A DNA stretch of 32,000 nucleotides from Candidatus Saccharimonadota bacterium (GCA_027925225.1 AP027131.1:210001-242000); one strand, 5' to 3'; counted from the stretch's first letter, positions 9,117 to 20,079 are shown. The notes: generated by a model from the sequence alone, not told the origin. Numbers and translations are program-made.

Positions 9117-11246
9117 ATGTTATTTGAAAGTTTAAATAAGTATCAAAAAGATGCAGTATTAAATACAGAAGGCCCAATAAGAATAATTGCTGGTCCTGGT
9201 TCTGGTAAAACAAGAACAATAATTGCAAAAGCAGATTATATTTTAAAACACAAATTGGCCTACCCTCACCAAATTTTAATTCTTACTTTTACGAATAAAG
9301 CAGGAAATGAAATTAAAAAAAGAATAGAACATCAAAAAGAAGAAATAAAAAATGTTTTTACTTTTCATGGCTTTGCAGCATTTTTTCTAAGAGTCGAAGC
9401 AAAAGAATTAGGCATTGATGGTAATTACATTATTTTAGATCGAACAGATCAAAGAAACATTATAAAAAGAGAAATGAAAGATTCTCTTTTTGAGGAAGCT
9501 TTTTTAGATAAAGTATCATTAAATGATATTTTTGAATCTTTTTCTAAATTTAATACTAAAGAAAAAGCTTTAGAAGATTTTTCTCCTTCAGAAAAATTAA
9601 TTTATGAATTATATAAAAAATATAAATTATATAAAAAAAGAGTTAATGGATATGATTTTGATGATTTACTTATTAATTTAGAAAAAATATTAACTGAAAA
9701 TGAAGAGATAAGAAATAAGTGAGAAAAAAGATTTAAATATGTTTTTGTAGATGAATTTCAAGATGTAAATAAAATACAATATTCTATTATAAAAAAACTT
9801 ACAAATAGAAATTCGAATATTACAGTTGTAGGTGATCCTGATCAAAATATTTATTCTTGAAGAGGATCTGATATATCCTATATTTTAAATTTTGAATCAG
9901 ATTATGATAATGTAAAAACTGTTATTTTAAAAATAAATTATCGTTCTACTGCTAATATAATTGATATTTCAAATAGATTAATTTCGCATAATAAAAATAG
10001 AGTTAATTTTGAAGTTGAAAATATAAAAGATGAAGGGGCAAAAATAAGAGTTTCTAAATATAGGTCAAAATATGATGAAGCAGAAAAAATATCTAATGAA
10101 ATTTTAAATTTATTTAAACAAGGAATAAAACCTAATGATATTGCTATAATATATCGCACAAATTATTTGTCTTTAAATTTTGAACAAACATTTCCTTCTT
10201 ATGGAATAAAATACAGATTAGTAGGTGGACTTAAATTTTTTGATCGAGAAGAAATTAAAAAAATTATCTTTTTTTTAAGATTTTTAGTTTTTCAAGACGA
10301 TTTTTCATTTTTGAATATTATTAATTTTCCTTCAAGAAAATTTGGAGAAAAATCTATAGAAAAATTAGATAACTTAAGAACAATTACAACAAATGGTTAT
10401 TGAGATGATATAAAAAATAATCAAGACAAATTAAAATTAAAACCTGAGGTAAGAAATTTTATTGAAATAACAGATGAATTAATTAATAAATTTAACGATT
10501 CAAAATTAGGCAATGATTTTATTGAATCATTTAAGGAATATTTAGTAAATATTAATTTTTTAAAATTTTATGAAAATGATTTAAATAAAATTGATAACAT
10601 AAATAGTTTTTTTGAACAATTATCAAAAACTTTTTCAAAAAGTTTTAATGTGCGTGAAGAACTAGTTGAATTTTTAAATCAAATAACATTACTTTCTTCT
10701 AATGATAATGAGGAAATTGCAAATCATGTTACTTTAATTACTGCTCATGCAGCAAAAGGTACTGAATATAAGGTTGTATTTTTAGTTTCTTTTAATCAAA
10801 AAATATTTCCTTCTTATCAAGCGTTAGATGGTGGAAGCTTAGAAGAAGAAAGAAGAGTTGCGTATGTTGCAATTACGAGAGCAAAAGAATTACTTTATAT
10901 TAGTTATACTTATGATTCAGATTTTGGCGGAAATATGCTTCAACCATCGGTTTTTCTTTATGAAATGGTTTTAATTGATAATAAAAAAAATAAAATAAAA
11001 GAAGACAGAAGCAATTTCTTTAAAAGGTATATTAAAGATACAGAAGAAGAAATTAAAAATTATTCTACATTAGTTACGAAAGACAATTATCATGTAAGAC
11101 CACAAAGTATTATAAAACATAAAAAATATGGAGATGGTGTTGTAATCAATGCTGATGATGAAGTAATTACTGTTGCTTTTGAAAAAAAATATGGAATTAA
11201 AAAAATACTAAAAAATCATAGTTCATGATATTTATTTAAAAAATAA
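9117..11246 (+). CDS. pcrA: ATP-dependent DNA helicase PcrA/UvrD (superfamily 1)
   Basis: Contains [27 protein letters not shown] (motifs Q/I), [18 protein letters not shown] (II), [13 protein letters not shown] (III), NYRST (IV), [14 protein letters not shown] (V) and [18 protein letters not shown] (VI). Four TGA codons are read through. TAA at 11244-11246. Confidence 0.93.
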
Positions 11247-11326
11247 TATTTTTTATTTTTTGCTAATTAAATGTTTAAGTTAAGAAAATATCATTAGTTT
11301 ATAATTAGTTTAGGATAAAACTCAAT

Positions 11327-12883
11327 ATGGATGATGCTTTCTTTATTTCTTTTATAGTAATTTTTTTTGTATTTATTTTTTTAATAATAGGTTTTTTTTA
11401 TTATAAAAACTTACAATTTAAAAAATATAAAAAGGATTTTTTTTCTTTTTATAAATATATTCTTATTATTGATATTAAAAGAAAAACTTTAAATTTAAGA
11501 GTATTTGAAAAAAATCAAGAATTTCTTTGAACAAGAAATATTAAAATTTCAGATTTCCTAAAAAAATTTCAATATGAAAGTAAAAATTCTAAAAATTTTT
11601 TCACATTGTTAAATGGAATTTTAAAATTAAATTTTTTAGAAGATTCATATAAAGATTTTTTTAAAAATTGAAGATTTTATAATAAAAATTTTTTATTTTA
11701 TTCTACAAGAAAAAATTTACTAGGAAGAAATATATTTTCAAATCTTATTCTTGATCTTTATGTTAAAGAAGAAGACTTGATTTATGCTCATGGGAATTAT
11801 ATTAATTTTAAAAAATTAAATATTGAAAAATTATTTACTGAAAAAGATATTGAAATAATAAAAGAAGGAAAAATAGAAAATGCAGTATTAAAAGATATAG
11901 AAAAGAAAAAATTAAAAAAACACTTTCTTATAAATATTTTTGATCTTAATATTGAAAAAAATAATAAAGAATTAAATAGTTTTAGTTATTTTTTAATTTA
12001 TATTTTTGCTATTTGAATGAAAAAAGAAAAATTTGAAAATATTTATATTACAAGTGATTACAATATTTATATTCTTTTGAACAAAGCATTTTATACTAAC
12101 AATTATTTAAATAATAGATATTGATATGAAAAAATAAATATTATTTATAATGAATTTTTAAATGATTTATCAATAAAAGCAAAATATAATTCTTTAAAAG
12201 TTATTTCTTCTTATCAATATGATGAAGATTTAGAATCAATAAATAAAACTTTAATTACTTTTAATATTATGCAAGATTTAATTAAAACACATAAAATACT
12301 TGATTATAGTTATGTCGCTAAAATGGCTAATAAAATATACAATTATGAAATAAATTTTAATAAAAAAACAGCAGGAGATTTAATTTATCAAAAAGAATTT
12401 AAAAATAATGGTTATACTATTCTTTCAATAAATATTAATCTAAATGAAAATATTGATTTAAATTATTTTTTAAATTGAAAGAAAATTTATCAAGAATTTT
12501 TTAAGCAAGTTAAAAAAGTATGTATTAAAAATAAAAGTAAATCTTATCGTGTGGTAATTCCAATTAATGTTTTTTATGAATTTGATTTTTCAGATTTTGC
12601 AGATTTAATAAATGTTAAAATTTATGTTTCATCTTTTAAGACAGAAGAAGAATATTTAATGTATAAAAATTATTTTTTAAAAATTAATTTAAATAATAAA
12701 AGATTTGGACTTTATGTTGAAAATATAGAATATGCATGAGATATTTTAAGAATTGCAAAACCAAAAAACCTTTGAATAGTTAATTCTATTTATAAAAATA
12801 AAAAATTTGATTTAAATATTGAATATTTTCTTGAAAAAGTTAAAAGTTTTGTTGCTGTAGAAAAAATAAATTTAGATAAATAG
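11327..12883 (+). CDS. Orphan membrane-anchored protein (518 aa), possibly a degenerate GGDEF-EAL-like module
   Basis: Four track ORFs (11327, 11777, 12269, 12551) share one frame. I checked every gap codon by codon and found only TGA, no TAA/TAG. TAG at 12881-12883. There is an N-terminal TM helix (FFISFIVIFFVFIFLIIGFFYY). The domain call rests only on visual pattern resemblance (see finding). Confidence 0.75.
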
Positions 12884-12971
12884 TGAATATAAAAATTAAT
12901 ACATTTTTTTAAAAATAATATATTATTCTCTTGATATTATTTATCAAGGTAATAATAAAGTTTTCATATAT

Positions 12972-14348
12972 ATGTTTCAAGTTAGGTATTGGATAAAACA
13001 GGTTAATTTAAAAAAAATATTAATTACTCTTTTGCTCATAATAATATTAATATTTTTTATATCTTCTTTAGTTTTTAGTTTAGTGGTAAATAACGTAAAT
13101 ATTTACGCATATAATCGAGATGCAAATTCTGGAACAAGAGAAGCCTTTAATACTGCAATTGATTTTGATTCGCAAAATGATAAATATAGTGAAAATGTCT
13201 TTGAAACAAATGGAAATGATATGATGTTTGATCGTGTTGCAAAAACAAAAAATTCAATTGGCTATGTCTCGCTAGACACTCTTTATGATGATGCGGGTAA
13301 TGTTTCCCGTGATGGAATAAAACCACTCGGGACAACGGCTGTACCAAATCCAAAAGATATAAAAGAAAATATTCAAAATTATGAAGCAAAGAGACCGTTT
13401 AATGTTTTTTTTAGAATTCCTCAAGATGTTTCTGAATATTTGCATTTGCCAGATAATCTTTACATAAACAGTAGTGAAGCATCAAGTAATGGAATAGATA
13501 ATATTTTTAGTGAAAATTTTGTAATTCCTTCCTCTTGAGACTTGCCTCCAGATGTTTATCAAGTAAATGATGAATATGAAGCAAAATTTGCAGTTTCATA
13601 TTTATTTTTTAATTGAATTTTTTATTCAAATGAAGCAAAAGATTTAATGGATTTAGCTTATGAGCCAATAAATTTAACAAAATATAGTTATTTTGATTCT
13701 ATTCCTCAATCAGGTGAAGAGGATGTTGTTGAAAACTATATAGAAAATACTGGGCTTGATGATTATTTTTCTTCTGGTGGATATGATGAAAATAATCGTT
13801 TAAAAATAACAACACAGGGTTCTACATCTGTTGTAAGTTTATTAAATACATTAATGACGGATGAAGAAGAGGGATTTATTTCTATTTTAGAAGATCACAA
13901 TTTATATATTACCTATGAACAAGTACATTTGGGATCTGGCGATGCTTTCAAGAATTCAACACCTACTTCAAGTGAAATATTTTTGGGATTTCAATCTAGG
14001 GGATTTGAAGATGAAGAAATTACAGGCGATGACTGAGGATATGATTTAGACTTAACACAAACTTATGATTTAGTTAATCAAGATGATTTTGTAGTAGATC
14101 TTAATTCAGAAATATTAAGTGGTTTTTATAATCCTCTTGCACTTTATGAAAATGGAAGTTATCTTCTTTATGGTAGTTTTTACATTGATGCAATTGTTTT
14201 TATAATTAATGATGAAATAGAATCGAATGAAGGACTTGATTCAAGTGATATTGGATATATTGATGTTAAGGGTGTAAAAGATATATATACAAATAACGTT
14301 ACTTGAGATGATCTTTATGATGATGGCTTAATAGGTAATTATGAATAA
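12972..14348 (+). CDS. pstS: Phosphate ABC transporter substrate-binding protein, PstS-like with rotated motif order
   Basis: The frame is continuous through TGA codons (checked). PstS/PBP_like_2 motifs present are NSGTREAF, NSIGYVSL, TTQGSTSVV, HLGSGDAF, FQSRGF and IDAIVFIIN. It is the first gene of the pst operon. The N-terminal hydrophobic anchor has no Cys. Confidence 0.8.
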
Positions 14349-16536
14349 TAAAATGGAAAATAACAAAATATCAAAATTGAAAAAGAAGCATGATGATATT
14401 TTTAAAACTTCTCTTTTCATTCTTGCTTCTATGATAATTTTCTTTGTTATTATTTCTTTTGTTTTAATTTTTACAAAAGGAATATCAGGATTTTTTCAAT
14501 ATGATGAATTAAATATTTCTGATTTTCTTTTTGGAAATTATTATGATGGAATAGCATATTTTGCTGCAGGATTTATGGTAGTAAATACTGTTTGACTTTC
14601 TTTAATTGCTTTGCTTATTGCTGTTCCTATTTCTCTTTTTACTGCAATATTTATAACAAAAGTGGTTCCAAAAGAATATCGTGGATTTTTTTATTCTATA
14701 ATAGCAATTTTAGCAGCAATTCCTTCAGTAATTTATGGAGCTTTTGCAAAAGCAGCACTTGATAGTGCTGTTACTGCAATTTTTGGAATTCCGCCAGGTT
14801 CAGCACTTACTGTTGTGATTATGCTTGCATTTATGATAATGCCTACAATTACAATTTTAACTATTACTTCAATAAATTCAGTTAATACAAAAATGGAGGA
14901 TTCTTCTTTAGCTCTTGGAGCAACAAGAACACAAACATCATTTTATGTCACTTTAAGAGCATCTTCTAAAGGAATAATTGTAGCATCCTTACTTGGCCTT
15001 GGTAGAGCAATTGGTGAGGCTACAGCAGTTTCTATGGTCGCCTCGCAGCCAAATGGTGGACCGACATTTGGACTTTTTGAAAATATTAGACTTCTTACAT
15101 CTACAATGCTTCAAGGTTTTATTGAAATAGCACCTGATACTTTACAAGAAGCATCACTTTATGCAATGTCAATTCTTTTAATTCTTACTATTGCGATTAT
15201 TTTTGTTGTAATGAGATATTTAGAGAAATCATTAGATGAAGATTTAAAATCTAAAAAAGCATCTGAAAAATTAGATATAAATCGAGGTTTAATAAAAAAA
15301 ATAAATGATACTGGACTTGAATCTCTTACAAATATAGAGCAAAAACAATATGTAAAATATAGACTTGAAAAAGAAAATAGTATTGAAAAATATCAAAAGC
15401 AAAAGCAGAAAAAACAAGAAGTAAATATTAAAGCAAATAATCTTTTTGCATCAAGTGGAGCAAAATACAAGAAAAAAATAACAAGAAGATATTCAATTTC
15501 TACACTTATTTTTTCTATGATTGGTCTTCTTTTACTTGTTTCGATTATAATTTTTCTTCTAATAGGAGGAACACAAGCTCTTAGTTGAGATTATTTAACT
15601 ACAAGTGGTGTATTTCAAACCATAACATTTGATAATGGCGAATCGGTGGTTTTATATGGGCTCTCCACGGCAATTTTTGGAACAATATTTACAATTGTTC
15701 TTACACTTATTATTGCAATTCCAATTGGAGTTTTAATAGCATTTTATTTTACGCTTTATAGTAATCCAGAATCTAGATTTGGAAAAATATTTTCATTTTT
15801 TATTACAATACTTACTGGCATTCCTTCTTTAATTTTTGGAATTATTGCAATAATTGTTTTTATCCCAATAGCTAATGCAATTGGAATGTCTTCTTTAGCT
15901 GGCGCACTTATTATGTCTATTGTTGTTCTTCCTGTTGTTATAAAAACAACACAAGAAGCAATTCTTTCAATTAATAAAAATCAAGAACAAGGTTCGCTTT
16001 CATTAGGAGCAACAAAATTTATAACTTCAAGAAAAGTAATTTTAGTACAAATTACACCTGCAATAATTTCAGCATCAATTCTTTCTATTGGAAGAGTAAT
16101 GGGAGAATCAGCAATTTTTATTGTAATTTATGGTACTGCAAGTTCACAAAATGCATCTGAATGAATTTCAAATGGAGGAACAACATTAGCAACTGAAATT
16201 TATAAATTAACATTATTAGAAACAATTCCTTGAGATTATGTAAAAGCAATTGGAATCATTATTGTTGCTTTAATTTTTGCAATTTCTCTTTTATCTCATT
16301 ATATTGATAAGAGAAAAAAAATTGAGGGAATAACATTTGGATTTGCTTTAATATTAATCTTCTTATCAATTTTTATAGCTCAATTTTGATTATTTATTTT
16401 TGCATTAATATTAGCTTTCCTTGCAATAATTTTTAAACCAATTTATAATAAAATATGTAAAATTAAAAAGAGTAATAAGAGCAATAATTTTATTAAAAAT
16501 TTCTTTTATGATTTAAGAATAAAATTTAAGTGATAA
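14341..16536 (+). CDS. pstCA: Fused phosphate ABC transporter permease PstC-PstA (731 aa)
   Basis: Track ORFs 14341, 14611 and 15646 are in one frame and joined only by TGA codons. There are two permease EAA-loop regions (SSLALGATRTQTSFYVTLRASSKGI...GLGRAIGEATAV and GSLSLGATKFITSRKVILVQITPAI...SIGRVMGESAI). A charged linker separates them. Ends TGA-TAA at 16531-16536. Confidence 0.9.
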
Positions 16537-16538
16537 AA

Positions 16539-18002
16539 ATGAATTCAAAAGAAAAAGCAAGTATTGAAAATTTATTAGATGAAAAAATAAAAAATTTAAA
16601 TGAACAAGAAAAAGTTTATGGTTCTTATTATAAAATTCACTCTGATATTAAAAAAACCAAAAAAAAAATTAAGAATAATAAAAGTAAAAAAGAAAATTCA
16701 GAATTAATTGATCATTTAAAAATACAAGAAGCGCATTTAGAAATAATCACATCAGCTGAAAAGGAAATTTTTAAAATTCAAAATTTATTGAAAAAAAAAA
16801 TGATTTCTAAAAATGAAATAAAGAAAAGATATGAGTTAAAAGTTAACAAACAAAGAAGAATTGATTATGATATTAAAAAATATATTAAAATCATAAATAA
16901 TCAACCTTATAAAGAAGATAAGATTGAAAAATTAATAATTAATATAGAAGAACTTGAAAGAAAATTAATAATTTCTCCCAAGAATTTAGCAATTAAAGTA
17001 GATTTATTTGATAAAAAAAGAAAATTACATAGTATTACAAAAGTATATTCTGTTGCTTACTTTAAAAATTTAGATAAATTAAATGATAAACATTATGATA
17101 AAATCAGAAAAATAAAAGATTTAAATGAAAAAGTGGATTTTTATAAAAAAGAATTAAGTGAATATAAAATTATTTATGATAAAACAATAGCGGCGCTTAC
17201 AGAGTTTGGAGAACCAATTAACAAAAAATCTTTTGTAATTCAAAATTTAAATGTATATTATGGGAAAAGACAAGCACTTTTTGATATATCTATTGAAATT
17301 CCTAAAAATAAGGTTATTTCAATTATTGGTCCTTCAGGTTGTGGAAAATCTACTTTTTTAAGAACACTAAACAGAATTAATGATGAAATTACAAATTTTA
17401 GAGCAAGAGGTAAAATTCTATTAGATGGAGAATATGATATTTATAAATTAAAATCAATAAGAAATAATTTTGACAAAATTGAACTTACAGAACTTAGAAC
17501 AAAAGTTGGAATGATTTTTCAACAGCCCAACCCCTTTCCTATTTCTATTTTTAAAAATGTTGCTTATGGACCAAAAATAAACGGATATAAAAATAAAGCA
17601 TTATTAAATAATATTGTTAAAAACTCTCTTATAAAAGCAGCGCTTTGAGATGAAGTTAAAGATAATATTCATAGAATCGGAACTTCTCTTTCTGGTGGAC
17701 AACAACAAAGGCTTTGTATTGCAAGAGCAATTGCAAATAAACCAGAAATTTTATTAATGGATGAACCAACTTCAGCACTTGATCCAATTGCTGCATCAAA
17801 AATCGAGAGTTTAATTTTAGAACTTAAAAAAGATTATACAATTATAATGGTTACTCATTCACTACAGCAAGCAGCAAGAATTTCTGATTTTACAGCATTT
17901 TTTTATGGTGGTAAGATTATTGAATTTAGTGAAACAAAAAAATTATTTTCATCTCCCGATAAAAAAAGAACAGATGATTATATTAGAGGAAGGTTTGGTT
18001 AA
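16539..18002 (+). CDS. pstB: Phosphate import ATP-binding protein PstB with a 230-aa N-terminal extension
   Basis: The ABC domain starts at about nt 17229 ([23 protein letters not shown]). It has Walker [17 protein letters not shown], signature [14 protein letters not shown], Walker [13 protein letters not shown] and the H-loop VTHSLQQA. The same frame is open back to ATG 16539. Confidence 0.92.
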
Positions 18003-18008
18003 AAAATT

Positions 18009-18668
18009 ATGATAGTTTTTTCCCCAATTCAAAAACAACAATACAAATCAAGAAATTTATTATTAGAATTACTTTCTACAATAATTTCTTCTTATGAGGC
18101 AATTGATACTGCGATTAGGAGCAAAAATCCTGAAAAATATTTAATTAAAGTTTTTTCAAATGAAAAAAAATATGAGGAATCTTTTCCTCCAATAAAAGAT
18201 TACATTTTAAAAGGTTTTCTTCAAGCTCCTCTTGGAAAAGATTTGAGAAGAAATATTGCATACTTTCAAATACTTAATTCTTATAAAACAATAAATAAGT
18301 TTACGGTTCAAATTTCAAGATATATTTTAGAAACAAAAAATGAAAAATTATCTTTTGATTGAATAAAAAACTTTTTAACAGTAATCATAAATAAATTAAA
18401 GAAAATATTAATTATTTTAGAAAAAGAAGATGTTGATTTAATAAAAGAAATTATTCAAAATGATAGTGATGTAAATATTCTTTTTGAAGATGCAATTTCA
18501 AATATTATTCATACTAAAACATTAAATCCCAAAAAAACACAAGATATAAGAGAAAAAGAAATAAACATTTTATTAATTACAAAAAATTTAGAAAGAACAG
18601 GAGATAAAATAAGAGAAATAGCAAATCAAATTTATTTTATTGCAACCGGAGAGGAATACTTTGTTTAA
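18009..18668 (+). CDS. phoU: Phosphate transport system regulator PhoU
   Basis: 219 aa, helical, immediately after pstB. It has a PhoU-type repeat with a LERTGDKIREIAN-like (ErigD) motif. One TGA is read through. TAA at 18666-18668. Confidence 0.8.
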
Positions 18669-19409
18669 ATGCTTAAAATAGATTCTATTTCTAATAAAAA
18701 AATAAAATATTTTTATTCTTTAAAAGAAAAGAAAAATATTTTAAAGGAAAAAAAATTTCTTGTAGAGGGAGAGAACATTATAGGAGAAGCTCTTAAAAAT
18801 AATTTGGTTCTTACATTAATTATTACTGATGAAAATCTTTATGAAAAAGAAAGTGTAGAAAGAATTTTAGTTTCCAAAGAAATAATAAAAAAAATATCTT
18901 TTGTAAAAACAAACGTCGGTGCTATTGCAATTTGTAAATATCAGCCTTTACAAATTGAAGAAAATAAATTAAATAAAATTATAGTTCTTGATGAAGTAAG
19001 AGATCCAATGAATTTAGGATTAATTATTAGAACTGCAAAAGGTTTTAATTATGATGCCTTAGTTTTGCTAAATAATTCTGTTTTCTCTTTTAATGAAAAA
19101 GTAATCCGTACTAGCCAAGGTTCTATTTTTTCATTTCCTATTATTGAAACAAATAATTTAGAAATTTTAAGAAATTTTAAATGTTTTTATTTTATTCTAA
19201 GGAATGAGGATTCCTATATGAATGAAATTAAAAGTATTTCTTCTAAATTTGCTTTAATTTTTGGAAATGAAAAAAAAGGAATAAGTAATGATTTATTAAA
19301 TAATTTAAAAGGAGAAAAAATTAAAATAAAAATTAACTCTGATTTAGAATCATTAAATTTAGCTATTTCTTCTGCAATTGCAATGTATTATTTTAGTAAT
19401 ATAATTTAA
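18669..19409 (+). CDS. TrmH/SpoU-family RNA 2'-O-methyltransferase (YsgA-like)
   Basis: SpoU motifs LDEVRDPMNLGLIIRTA, LIFGNEKKGIS and SLNLAISSAIAMYYF. Its position upstream of pheST matches Bacillus ysgA. Confidence 0.85.
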   Translation: MLKIDSISNKKIKYFYSLKEKKNILKEKKFLVEGENIIGEALKNNLVLTLIITDENLYEKESVERILVSKEIIKKISFVKTNVGAIAICKYQPLQIEENKLNKIIVLDEVRDPMNLGLIIRTAKGFNYDALVLLNNSVFSFNEKVIRTSQGSIFSFPIIETNNLEILRNFKCFYFILRNEDSYMNEIKSISSKFALIFGNEKKGISNDLLNNLKGEKIKIKINSDLESLNLAISSAIAMYYFSNII

Positions 19410-19444
19410 GTGTTATTATTTATTTATAAAATGGGGGTCAAATA

Positions 19445-19765
19445 GTGGCTATTGAAATAAAAAAAATAGACGAATTAAATAATATTTTACAAAAAGAAGA
19501 AAATGTAATAATAGATTTTTATGCTAATTGATGTGGACCTTGTCAAATGTATACACCTGTATTTAATGAAGTTGCTTTAAAAAGAAAAGATGTAAAAATG
19601 GTTTCTATAAATATTGATATAAATACAGAAATTGTTAAATTTTATTCTGTTCAATCAATTCCAGCAACATTTTTATTTAAAAAAGGGAAGCAAGTAAATA
19701 AAATTTTAGGTTTTATGAGTGTGGAAAAATTAAATCATAATATTGATGACTTAGTAAAATCATAA
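19445..19765 (+). CDS. trxA: Thioredoxin
   Basis: GTG start at 19445, preceded by a GGGGG SD-like run. The active site DFYAN-W-CGPC has its Trp encoded by TGA (aat TGA tgt gga cct tgt). Followed by SIPATFLFKKGK. 106 aa. Confidence 0.92.
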
Positions 19766-19803
19766 TTTAATCATTTTTATTTATAATTATTTTGGCTATT
19801 TAT

Positions 19804-19980
19804 ATGGAAATATTTTTAACTGTACTTATCTTTTTGGCAATAATCTTAGTAATAAGTTATTTTTTCTACGAAAGACGTAAAAGAAGAAGACGTGGGACAA
19901 AAGGCAAAAAAAATAAAAAAATAGAAGAATTAAAAAAACAAAATGATATGCTAAAAGACTTGCTATCAAAAGATAAATAA
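19804..19980 (+). CDS. Small single-pass membrane protein with a poly-basic segment (58 aa)
   Basis: MEIFLTVLIFLAIILVISYFFY (TM helix), then ERRKRRRRGTKGKKNKK and a short helical tail. A TATAAT-like box lies about 18 nt upstream. No recognisable family. Confidence 0.45.
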   Translation: MEIFLTVLIFLAIILVISYFFYERRKRRRRGTKGKKNKKIEELKKQNDMLKDLLSKDK

Positions 19981-20053
19981 ATTTTTTGTTATAAATATTT
20001 TTATTCAAATATACTAATTTTTAATAAATAAAATTTATGTTGTAAATCATTAG

Positions 20054-20079
20054 TTATAAATATTAATTAATATTTATAA
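20054..20079. repeat. Perfect 26-bp palindrome in the pheS upstream region
   Basis: TTATAAATATTAATTAATATTTATAA equals its own reverse complement. The 12-mer GTTATAAATATT also occurs at 19988-19999 and at 20053-20064. Confidence 0.6.

Noticed and set aside
9938-10159. 73-aa minus-strand ORF inside pcrA.
   Set aside because: It is an antisense shadow of helicase motifs IV-V.
13147-13389. 80-aa minus-strand ORF inside pstS.
   Set aside because: It is an antisense shadow. The product is His/Leu/Gln-rich (biased composition), with no signals.
19826-20008. 60-aa minus-strand hydrophobic ORF antisense to the small basic TM protein gene.
   Set aside because: No SD or promoter is visible, and its hydrophobicity is a by-product of the complement of a Lys/Arg/Glu-rich sense strand. 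The + strand ORF has the better context. Neither ORF is proven.
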